A stretch of DNA of 63,298 nucleotides, the filler included, from Octopus bimaculoides (taxonomy: Eukaryota): NCBI RefSeq assembly GCF_001194135.2. It is 4 parts of 4 records of this genome, joined end to end, with 100 filler letters (N's around TTAATTAATTAA, not from the genome) between each part and the next. Parts side by side here need not be neighbours in the genome. Positions count along the whole stretch, not along the records: positions 1 to 28,833 come from NC_069000.1; positions 28,934 to 54,506 come from NC_069006.1; 2 more parts are not named here. The stretch is one strand, 5' to 3'. This document shows positions 25,388-36,200 of the stretch, piece by piece. Position numbers and translations under genes: made by a program. Every line of letters begins with the position of its first letter. Position 1 is the first letter of the stretch. A model generated the notes under the pieces. That model ran no database searches. It saw only the letters and a list, made by a program, of their open reading frames with translations, and was not told the DNA's origin.

Positions 25388-26279
25388 AATTATTGCTATT
25401 ATTATTATTTAAGTTTTTCATTTATTTGAATACATATTTTTAGAATATTTGAAGAATTGTCTGCGTCTTTGAATCAATCATATTTCACAAGGCTTTTTGT
25501 TTTTTGTCATTCCATTAAGTTTAACAGTTTTAAAGGGAAAGCAGGAAGTGTCCAATTTAAACTGATTTTTTTGTTTTTTATATATATTCTAGTTAAAAAG
25601 TTAGTTTTTCACAATCAATATGACAGATGATGCCAACATGAGTGTTAATGACATTGCTTTCCTGTAATATAATATTATTCCTCCTACCAACACCGAAGAA
25701 TAAAAAAAAAAAAGTAATGATACTAATAATAAATGAAAAATCTATTATTTATTTAAAAGAAAAACAGCGACACAAAAGAGCTTAAAAATACTTTATTACT
25801 CTTTTTTTTGTTGTTGTTTTTGGTTGACATGTCTCGTTTAAAGCAAAATTAATAAAACCTTTATCTTTGTTTTTATGTCTCCGCCTTTGAAAGTGATTCT
25901 TCTTTAAGTCAGATTGAATAGGAATATAATTTGAATTGAAAACTAAGAAGCTGACTTTTCCTATTGTCACACTCGTTGCTCCATGCTTTAGAAGTTTGCT
26001 TTCCAGCTAAATAGTTCATTATTGCTGGTAGAACCTTGTACTCCTCTTTTACTATTTCTTCACAATCCTCTCGTTCCCACCACCGAGTGATTTCTGTTTT
26101 TAAAATTATGCTAATTTTCCACATATACAATATTATGATTATGAGCTGAACACACACACCTACTCATATATAATATTGCGGATCTACTTAGCAGTTCTTC
26201 AGCAAGCACAACGAAGCCTTAAGTTCACCAAGGAGGTTTAATAAGACTGAAACATGTCCTGAGTACTCTCCTGTATTTA

Positions 26280-26860
26280 TTCTTTTATTTGTTTGTCATT
26301 TGACTGTAGCTCTGCTGGAGCACCACATTGAAGTGTTTTTGTCGAACAATTTGACCCAAGGACTTATTTTTTTTTAAGCCTAGTACATATTCTATTGGTC
26401 TCTATGCCAAACCGCTAAGTTACAGGGACATAAACACACCAACACCGGTTGTCAAGCAATGGTGGGGTGGGGGTACAAAAACACACACACACATACACAC
26501 ACGCATTTATATATATGACAGGCTGCTTTCAGTTTCCATCTACCAAATCCACTCACAAGGTGCCATGCAGTGGGATTGAACCTGGAATCATGTGGTTGGG
26601 AAGCAAGCTTCTTAATTCTTTATTGCCCACAAGGGGCTAAACATAGAGGGGACAAACAAGGACAGACAAAGGGATTAAGTCGATTACATCGACCCCAATG
26701 CGTAACTGGTACTTAATTTATCGACCCCGAAAGGATGAAAGGCAAAGTCGACCTTGGCGAAATTTGAACTCAGAACGTAACGGCAGACGAAATACCGCTA
26801 AACATTTCACCCGACGTGCTAACAATTCTGCCAAGCTTCTTACCACACAGCCAATTCCGG
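26280..26860 (-). mobile_element. SINE family B interrupted by a SINE family A insertion (26614-26831)
   Basis: The family-B head resumes after the insert; 10-bp TSD CAAGCTTCTT at 26604-26613 and 26832-26841. Confidence 0.85.
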
Positions 26861-27172
26861 CACCTATTTTCTGAAGTCATTTAAGTAATCCTATTCATTA
26901 AGCTAACGTTGTCTTTCTTAACTGTATTATTAATTTTTATTATCTCTTTGCTGTTCACTCTGCATTAAATATGTAAACTCTATCTTTTTAAATTATTTTT
27001 TTTTTTTTATGCAGATAATATCTCTGAGTGATTTATTCTTTTCTAGAAATTGCTTTGTCAAAAAGAAATCATTTAAAATTTTTATCACTTCAAATCTATG
27101 AATATAAATAGATATTTAAATAAATAAAAAGAATGAAAACAAACTAAAAACATAATGTTTTACTTCCTTCAG

Positions 27173-27243
27173 TTCAAGAGCTGCTAATGAATAGTGTCAA
27201 CCCTGATTTGACTAACGAAGATGGATTAACTGCACTTCATCAG
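27173..27243 (+). CDS. PPP1R16A: PPP1R16 second coding exon (71 nt, first ankyrin repeat)
   Basis: Acceptor TTTTACTTCCTTCAG|; G+TT completes Val, then QELLMNSVNPDLTNEDGLTALHQ (cf. human GVSPDLANEDGLTALHQ); donor CAG|GTATGT; phase matches exon 1. Confidence 0.95.
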
Positions 27244-27723
27244 GTATGTGCTTTGCTTTTATGATAGGCTTCCAGAAGTTTCCTTTTTGTAACAGAACCA
27301 TTCGTTGGTTTCTTTCTTTTGTTTTTCTTTATTGATTTCCAGTATTCTGCAAAAACATCTCTGGTCACGTGGAAATATTATTTGGCAATAGGAAATATTA
27401 CCTTGCTTGGAGAGTTAGTGACAGGAATGGCATCTGGCCATAGAAAATCTGCCTCAACAAATTCCATCCCACTCATGCAAACATGGAAAAGTAGACAATA
27501 AAATGATGGTGATTATGATGATAATAAAATCTGTGGTAACTGTGACTCAGAAGCTCCAGTTAGAAGCAGTTGATTGAACAAATCATTCAATCAACATTTC
27601 AATCTTTAGTCTTACCATTTGTACTCTAGAGCTATGGTTCTCAACCATTTTTTTTTTCTATGGACCTCTTTGATTCCTATGTTATTCAACTGGACCCTCA
27701 TATCCAATCAATGTTTCAAATAT

Positions 27724-27938
27724 TACTCTTTTACTTGTTTCAGTCATTTGACTGCGGCCATGCTGGAGCACCGCCTTTAGTCGAGCAAATCAACCCCAGG
27801 ACTTATTCTTTGTAAGCCTAGTACTTATTCTATCGGTCTCTTTTGCCAAACCGCTAAGTTATGGGGACGTAAACACACCAGCATTGGTTGTCAAGCGATG
27901 TTGGGGGGGACAAACACAGACACACAAACACATACACG

Positions 27939-27974
<36 letters not shown>

Positions 27975-28153
27975 CATACATACATATGTACGACGGGCTT
28001 CTTTCAGTTTCCGTCTACCAAATCCACTCACAAGGCTTTGGTCGGCCCAAGGCTATAGTAGAAGACACTTGCCCAAGATGCCACGCAGTGGGACTGAACC
28101 CAGAACCATGTGGTTGGTAAGCAAGCTACTTACCACACAGCCACTTCCATGCC
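27724..28153 (-). mobile_element. Full-length SINE family B with internal microsatellite
   Basis: Minus-strand head TGGCTGTGTGGTAAG (A box) and GGTTCAGTCCC (B box), then CTTGGGCAAGTGTC segment, an internal (TA)/(TG) tract, 3' body and (AAAAGAGT) tail. Confidence 0.9.
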
Positions 28154-28172
28154 TATTCTATAACTATCTTTA

Positions 28173-28426
28173 AACATCCTTAACCAAACCTTATTCAGGG
28201 ACCTTTTGAGCGGGATGGGCTACTCGACCTGAAGAAAATTCTAACTGGGCCCCACCTGCGAGGTCATGTGCTGTTTATCTTGATATGAGATCACCATGAC
28301 GCGCACATATGGTTGTGATGCATGTGCCTGGTGTACCCTTATCAGACGGGTAGTCATGATGGGTATAATGGGCTTCGTATATTTTACTCCAGTGTCACTT
28401 TGATGGCGTGTGCTGCTCTCTCACTC
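28173..28426 (+). mobile_element. Unclassified interspersed repeat ending in (AAT)n, short copy
   Basis: Highly similar to 34388-34640; both end ...CTCTCACTC+(AAT)n. Confidence 0.75.
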
Positions 28427-28736
28427 AATAATAATATTAATAATAATAACAATAATTCTTTCTACTATAGGCACAATGCTTTAAATTTGAGGAGAGAACG
28501 GATTAGTTTATTACATAAACCCTACTGCTCGACTGGTACTTATTTTATTGACTCTGGGAAGGATAAAAGGTAGAGGCTACCTCAGCAGAATTTGAACTCT
28601 GTATATAAGAATGGATGAAATACAAGGAAGCATCTGGTCTGGTGTGCTAATGATTCTGCACACTCGTTGCCTTGAGAAATAATAATGATAATAGAAATAA
28701 TAAATTATCAGAACTTATTTTCGTTGAATATTACTA

Positions 28737-28833
<97 letters not shown>

Positions 28834-28933
28834 NNNNNNNNNNNNNNNNNNNNNNNNNNNNNNNNNNNNNNNNNNNNTTAATTAATTAANNNNNNNNNNN
28901 NNNNNNNNNNNNNNNNNNNNNNNNNNNNNNNNN
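28834..28933. other. Artificial scaffold spacer (44 N + TTAATTAATTAA + 44 N)
   Basis: Palindromic six-frame stop linker with identical geometry three times in the window. Confidence 0.97.
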
Positions 28934-28991
28934 ATATATATATATATATATATATAATATCAATAATATATATATATATATATGCATATAT

Positions 28992-29301
28992 GGGTACTGG
29001 ACGTCACCGACAGTAAGCAACATGAAATGCGAAAACAAATGATTTAAATACGTAAATACCGAGAGAAATAAGGACAAGTGATACAAGGAATGATCCTTCA
29101 TCAGTTGTCGGCTGTCTATCTACTCCCCATTTCGAGCAATCAACGGCAATATGGGGCTTCGAAGACAGTTGTATCCATAAATACCAAAATAAAATTTTTG
29201 ATTTATGGAGGGTTAAAGATAGGAACAAAAGCGGGACAGTGGAGACATTCAGGAAAACCGAAGGAAAATAAACATGGAGGGTCGTTAGATCTGAACGAGG
29301 G
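28992..29301. mobile_element. Partial copy of the long-TIR MITE at 95-544
   Basis: One TIR plus interior, matching the reverse complement of ~223-544; second TIR absent; follows (TA)n. Confidence 0.75.
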
Positions 29302-29600
29302 GAAAATATTGAACGTTGAGAGGAATATTTTCTTTGAAAAGAGAATAGATAGAAGAGAGAGATAGGAAACGTCTAGTACTTAGAACGTCCGTGCAGGAAA
29401 GAAATATGCTCAAGTTAGGAAAAGACAGATGGACGATGGTCACGTGTGAACAGCGTGAGAGAGATAAAGAGAAAGAAGGGGTGAGGGATAGAGACAGATA
29501 GGAAACGGTGAAAGGGAGGAAAAGGGAATTAGGGAGGATAGGGGAGAAAACAATATACATGCATACATACATACACACATATATATTTGTACATGCATGG

Positions 29601-29660
<60 letters not shown>

Positions 29661-30495
29661 GGGGGTGGGAAAACGAAAAAATCAGGATCAAGACATGTTC
29701 TTACATGTTTGAGTGTGTGTGAGTGTGTTTACATAATACAAAAATGAGCCAAGAGAAGTAACTCAAAGTGGCCTGTGATATGCATTTGAACAAGATAGAC
29801 AAATACAAATATATAAATAACCACAATACAACATAACGTGTTGAATTAATTAAAACCATTCCCCCCCCCCCCCACGAGGACATGTCACGATTAGCAAATA
29901 GTGATTAAGCCCTAATCCTTATTAAAAGTGGAGATAATCTATAGAATTAAGACTTGCACTATGAACATGTAAGCCTTAAGAAACATTCTACTTTTAAGAC
30001 ACCGATGCTCTCATTTCAATGACCAATCTACCGAATATCTTGTGATCGGACCAGCTAGAGTCTCTCAAATCCAGAAATCAGATTCTATCACTATCAGGGG
30101 ACGTTACTGCAGGCAGACGTCATGTGACAGCATGTGATACTTCGTAACATGGCGTTGCACGATATGACATCGTGCAATACCACGGGATACAACGTGACTT
30201 CGTGATTGCTTTCGTATCCGAAAGCAAGGTTTTCAGGTTTTCGTTTCGATTACTCAGAATTACCCACCGTATTCTGATCACATTGGCTTCCTGAAACTTC
30301 AAAAGATAAATGGTATTGGCATTAGAACTTGGCTACTTTCCGGAATTACTGCTATGGAGATAATTAATTACGGAGTAATTAATACAAAAATAATAATTTG
30401 TTAACACATCAAGCAGATAAATGGCAAAATGTCCATTTTCATTTGACGTATCAACAAGCAAGAGTATTAAGCTCTCCCTCGTAGCACAGAGAAGA

Positions 30496-30640
30496 GGAGC
30501 GTGGCCTAGGGGTTAGTATATTGCATTTAAGATCGTATGATCAATGTTTCGATTGCCGGATCAAGAAGACCATTGTGTTCTTGAGCAAAACGCTTGATTT
30601 CACGTGCCACAGTATCTCAGCTATAGTGAATAACCACGGG
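30496..30640 (+). mobile_element. Diverged tRNA-derived SINE (fourth family)
   Basis: GCGTGGCCTAGGGGTTAG (A-box-like), GTTTCGATTGCC (B-box-like), then TGTGTTCTTGAGCAAAACGCTT; a related remnant is near 48670. Confidence 0.5.
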
Positions 30641-30738
30641 ACGGACTGGATTCCTGTTCATGTCGAATTTTGTGATACATATATGTATATTCACATATAT
30701 ACATATATGTACATAAAAACACGCAGACTCTTTCTAAC

Positions 30739-30790
<52 letters not shown>

Positions 30791-31139
30791 ACTCTCTCTC
30801 CCTCTCTCTATCTCCCCCTCTCTCGCTTCCGCTACCTCTCTCCCCCGCACACACGCACGGATGCACGCACTTCCAAGTTATGACATACCATTTCAATGAG
30901 AAAATTTCTTCGTTAGCTTTCAGATTTTCAAGAATTCTTAATTATTTCTCAATAGGAATTGTACGGAAGGGGTGCAGCTCTCTTACATAACAATGAGCCA
31001 AAATAAACCCGTTACATCTACACTATTGCTTTATACAACTTTCCAGCAAATCTCCATTTTTGGTGTATTTCCCCTACCGTAGAGCAATTTGTATTCTTCA
31101 AGATATTACTGCCTTATTTTCTTCTACAAAGGCGCTAGA

Positions 31140-31395
31140 TTAGCTGTGCGGTTAGCAAGCTCCGTTTGTTACCAAGTGTTTTCGGGTTCAGTTCACCTAT
31201 GATGTACTTGTACCGTAATTCCGGGCTGGCCAAAACCTCGTGTACAAATTTGCTGCCGAATTTGTGTGGGAGAAAACCATTTCTATCTATCTATCTATCT
31301 ATCTATCTATCGGCAAATGTCTTTTACTATAGCCACGGACCAACCAAACCACTGTGAGTGGATTTGGTAGAGGGAAACTGAAAAAAGCCCGTCGT

Positions 31396-31494
<99 letters not shown>

Positions 31495-31705
31495 TCCCGC
31501 TACTATTTCTTGAAAACCGATGTTGGTGCGTTTACGTCCCCGTAACTTCGCGACTCGGCAAGAAACACCGATAAAATAATAGGCTTACATAGAATATGTC
31601 CTGGGGTCAATTTCTTCGACGACTACAAAATCACTTAAGGCGGTATCCCAGCATGGCCGTGGTCACATGACTCGAACAAGTAAGAGAAATAAAGAATAAA
31701 AGAAT
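31140..31705 (+). mobile_element. Diverged full-length SINE family B with expanded internal (TA)n(TG)n
   Basis: Head, GTGAGTGGATTTGGTAGAGGGAAACTG core, microsatellite 31398-31490, 3' body and tail. Confidence 0.7.
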
Positions 31706-32121
31706 ATAGAAAAGATTGAATTTGTGCACCTCTTTCTTTTCAATTAAACAAATTTTGGGCGCCGATTGAAAAAATTTCTTTGAAGATCACCTTTCAGCAT
31801 GTCCCTGATAGTTTGTGCTGCACCTATTTAGAGTGAATCACCACTCCTTGTTGCGCAGGTTGTGTTTAATAGAACAGAAGTAAATCATGGCGAATCCATG
31901 TGTTTGCATTTGTGTTAGGCATTAATTAACCCAACCCAAGGTAGGGAAGGGCGCGTCTCGCTTCTAATTATGCATGCGTGTGTGTATCTGCAGAAACACG
32001 CATACACATACATATATATATATATGTATGCGTGTGTGTGTGTATATATATATATATGTATGAATTTGTATACATGAATATATGTCAATATATATACATA
32101 TTGTATAAGTAGGTATGTATG

Positions 32122-32174
<53 letters not shown>

Positions 32175-32381
32175 ATATTTGTGTGTCTGCGTTTGTCCCC
32201 GTAACATCGCTTGATGCTGAGTCGGTTTGTTCGACTAAAGGTGGTGGTCCAGTATGGTTGCAGTCAAATAACTGAATCAAATTAAAGAGTAAAAAATACA
32301 TACACACACACACACACACACNNNNNNNNNNNNNNNNNNNNNNNNNNNNNNNNNNNNNNNNNNNNNNNNNNNNNNNNNNNN

Positions 32382-32413
<32 letters not shown>

Positions 32414-33300
32414 ACACAAGCATATATATATATATGGCGTACATGTACCAATAAGAGACAGATTCAAACAATGGCGAACTGATGAGTTCATTGTGGTTCA
32501 CTGAAACATGTAATTAGACGGAAATAAACAAACATAAGTGAAAAAGAAGACCGCATCTGTTGAAACACTTTCAAATACTAACAGATGAAGTGTTTCATAC
32601 GTATGATGTATGAATATTTATAAACAGACACACAGGCACACATATATATATACACACACACACGCGCAAACACAGATAGATATAAGCACACACGCATACA
32701 CAGAATCAGGAACAAACTTAGAGATGTTCGGGTGCATATCAATACGCATGTACAGATGTGCGTATACACACATACGTACACGCATACACTCATATACACA
32801 CACACAGCCACACGCATACACTCATATACACACACAGCCACACGCACTCACGCTCACGCACACAGATACATACACATTCACACTCACACACATACACAAA
32901 TAAAGAAAAAAACAGTAACGAATAAACTAACACACACACACACACACACACAACATGCACGAGCACGCACACAGAGAGACATGCAGAGGCACACACATAC
33001 AAACAAACACACTAACGCACACAAACACCCCCAGAAATAAAAGATACAAATACACTGACAAAGTGATATTGGAAATAGCAATGATCCTTTGTACTGTAGG
33101 CACAAGGCTACAGTACAAGGTAAGACGGCTATTCCAGTACATCGACCCCAGTGTGCAACTGGTACTACTTATTTCATTGACCCCGAAAGAATGAAAGGCG
33201 AAGTCGACCTGGGTGGAGTTTGGACTCAGAAATATAAGGGCAGACAAAATACTGCTTAGTATTTCACCCAGCATGCTAACGAATTTGCCAGCTGGCTGCT

Positions 33301-33342
<42 letters not shown>

Positions 33343-33387
33343 GCAACAACAACAACAACATCAATAATAATAATAATAATAATAATA

Positions 33388-33500
33388 ATATATAACATAC
33401 AGAAAATTGCACTACTGGGCACTGCACACATCCTACGCAAAACACTTTCAATAGAGTAACCATAAGAGCACCACAGCAAACCACAGCACATACCCAAGGC
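33388..33500 (+). mobile_element. 3' fragment of R4/Dong-type retrotransposon (second copy or allelic duplicate)
   Basis: Near-identical (3 differences seen) to ~33890-34005; starts directly after (AAT/AAC)n and runs into an N gap. Confidence 0.75.
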
Positions 33501-33669
33501 NNNNNNNNNNNNNNNNNNNNNNNNNNNNNNNNNNNNNNNNNNNNNNNNNNNNNNNNNNNNNNNNNNNNNNNNNNNNNNNNNNNNNNNNNNNNNNNNNNNN
33601 NNNNNNNNNNNNNNNNNNNNNNNNNNNNNNNNNNNNNNNNNNNNNNNNNNNNNNNNNNNNNNNNNNNNN

Positions 33670-34099
33670 TGAAGGAAAAAAATGCTTTCTAATTGATGCA
33701 TCAATACCAGCAGATGACAACGTTTCCATAAAAGAAATGGAGAAACTTTCAAAATACAAAGATCTGGAAATAGAGGTAACTCGAATGCGGAATCTAAAAA
33801 CAGAAACAATTCCTATCATAGTAGGTGCCTTAGGTATAATAAAACAAATATTCAGAAAAATACATAACAAAAACACCAGGACTTACAAATATATATAACA
33901 TACAGAACATTGCACTACTGGGCACTGCACACATCCTACGAAAAACACTTTCAATAGAGTAACCATAAGAGCATCACAGCAAACCACAGCACATACCCAA
34001 GGCACACAGAGCTGCGCTCGGTAGTGAAGCGAAAGCACGTTATGAAAATAAAACTACTGGATAACAACAACAACAACAATAATAATAATAATAATAATA
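33670..34099 (+). mobile_element. R4/Dong-clade non-LTR retrotransposon 3' end (restriction-like endonuclease)
   Basis: EGKKCFLIDASIPADDNVSIKEMEKLSKYKDLEIEVTRMRNLKTETIPIIVGALG (frameshift ~33845) YSEKYITKTPGLTNIYNIQNIALLGTAHILRKTLSIE* (stop 33960-33962); short 3' UTR; (AAC)(AAT)n tail. Confidence 0.85.
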
Positions 34100-34100
34100 A

Positions 34101-34640
34101 TCAGGCAGTGGCTCTCATGGCTCCTGACCTTAACTGATTGGAAGTGTTATCATGCACATTGTTTTGTCTTGGTATAAAAGATGGGCTACAGCAAATATTC
34201 TGCTCAATACCACAGATTTGCTTGTCAGTTGTTTGACCTTAACCAGCTGAGCATGTCCCTTGGTGGCTGATGATATGTACATCTCTGATCATGAGCAGAA
34301 GTAGTGGAGGAGCATCATAACCATGTGTTGAGAGAAATTGTTTGGGGTTTGGATAATTCACCTTTGGAAACATAGGTGTTTTGCTCAACATCTTCAAACA
34401 ACCATTATTCAGGGACCTTTTGGGTGGGATGGGCTACTCGCCCTGAAGAAAATTCTAAGTAGGCGCCACCTGTGAGGTCATGCGGTGTTTATCTTGATAT
34501 GAGATCACCACGTCGCGCACATATGGTTGTGATGCATGTGCCTGGTGTACCCTTATCAGACGGGTAGTCATGATGGGTATAATGGGCTTCGTATATTTTA
34601 CCCCAGTGTCACTTTGATGGCATGCACTGCTCTCTCACTC
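34101..34640 (+). mobile_element. Unclassified interspersed repeat ending in (AAT)n, long copy
   Basis: Bounded by (AAT)n on both sides; its 3' 250 bp match 28173-28426; no recognisable protein motif found. Confidence 0.75.
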
Positions 34641-34681
<41 letters not shown>

Positions 34682-36040
34682 CAACAACAACAACAACAAT
34701 AATAATAATTTCTCCCAAAGGCACAACGTCTGAAAGTTCGGGCGAGGTGCAAGTTGAGTACATCGACTTCAGTACTTCACTAGTACTCTTTTTATCGAAC
34801 TCGAAAAGTTGAAAGACAAGGCCGACTCCTGCGGAATTCGAACTTAGAATATAAACGTCGACGAATTGCAACTCTGCATTTTGCTGGGTGGGCGTGTTAA
34901 CTAATCTGCCAGGTCACCTCCTCATAAGCACCCATGAATAAGCTCAAATTTATGCAATTATAACTCACCCCATCCTACATGAATAATAGACAGTCATACA
35001 TAAATACATACATACAGACAGACAGACAGACACACGAATCGTTAAACATACGAATACACAAACGTTAAACACATACACATACACCCGCAACAGTGCATAT
35101 ACTAACAAAAAATTATGCTCATTAATATATAGACAAAGACATACACATTTACAAGGAAATACACATATATAAATACAGTCACACACTCAAAAACTTATAT
35201 GTAATTACATACATACGCAAATACACACATCATATCAAATACAAAATGGCGCCCAATATTGAAAGATAAACATCACCAATATGTCCACCATTATTAGCTG
35301 TGTTCTCTACTTATATATGTGTGTGTGTGTATGTGTGTGAGTGTTTGTGTGGGTATGTGTGTATGTTTGTGTCTGTGTGTGTGTCCAAATATCTATATAT
35401 CCACAAATACACACAAACACACACATATTTATACATATACAAACACATGCACATACGCACAACGCACGGCCGTAGACTAAAATGCTATATTGCTATCGTC
35501 ATCTTTCTCTTTAAGTGTCTCTGCATCTCTCAACATTTTACAGTCTCTTTCTCACTCTTTCACTCACCCCCTCTCTCTTTCTCTCTCTCTGTATTATCGA
35601 TATTGTACTATTGTTGCATTATCTCAAGTACTTAGTATAGAATAGCTCTCACTCTCTCACTCTCACACACACAAACAAACACACTCTCATACATATGTAT
35701 GTAATGCCAGTATCAGATCATGTATATATGTATATATGTATGTACATACATATACACACATAGTTTAGTAAATATACTATTACACTCAACTTACATACGT
35801 TGAGTGTAATAGTGATATTTTAAGCTAACCTCTGTTACTCTAATGGACAGTCTTACACTGTCTGGACACGTATACATACATACATACATACATACATACA
35901 TACAAGCACACATTTAGATATATACATATATATACATATATGTACATATATGTATATATATATATTAATACATTTGTTGTTTACACACCCATTGTTTTTT
36001 TTTGTAAATTCTCACTATATATTTGTGTATGTACACATAC

Positions 36041-36085
<45 letters not shown>

Positions 36086-36120
36086 TGTATATATATATGT
36101 ATATATATATATACATTCCG

Positions 36121-36200
<80 letters not shown>

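Noticed and set aside
26280-28670. Inverted SINEs flanking PPP1R16 exon 2 that could drive circRNA
   Set aside because: The nearest flanking A and B copies on both sides are in the same (minus) orientation.
28878-28889. TTAATTAATTAA as a biological motif (homeodomain or piggyBac site)
   Set aside because: It sits between exactly 44 Ns on each side three times, so it is an assembly linker.
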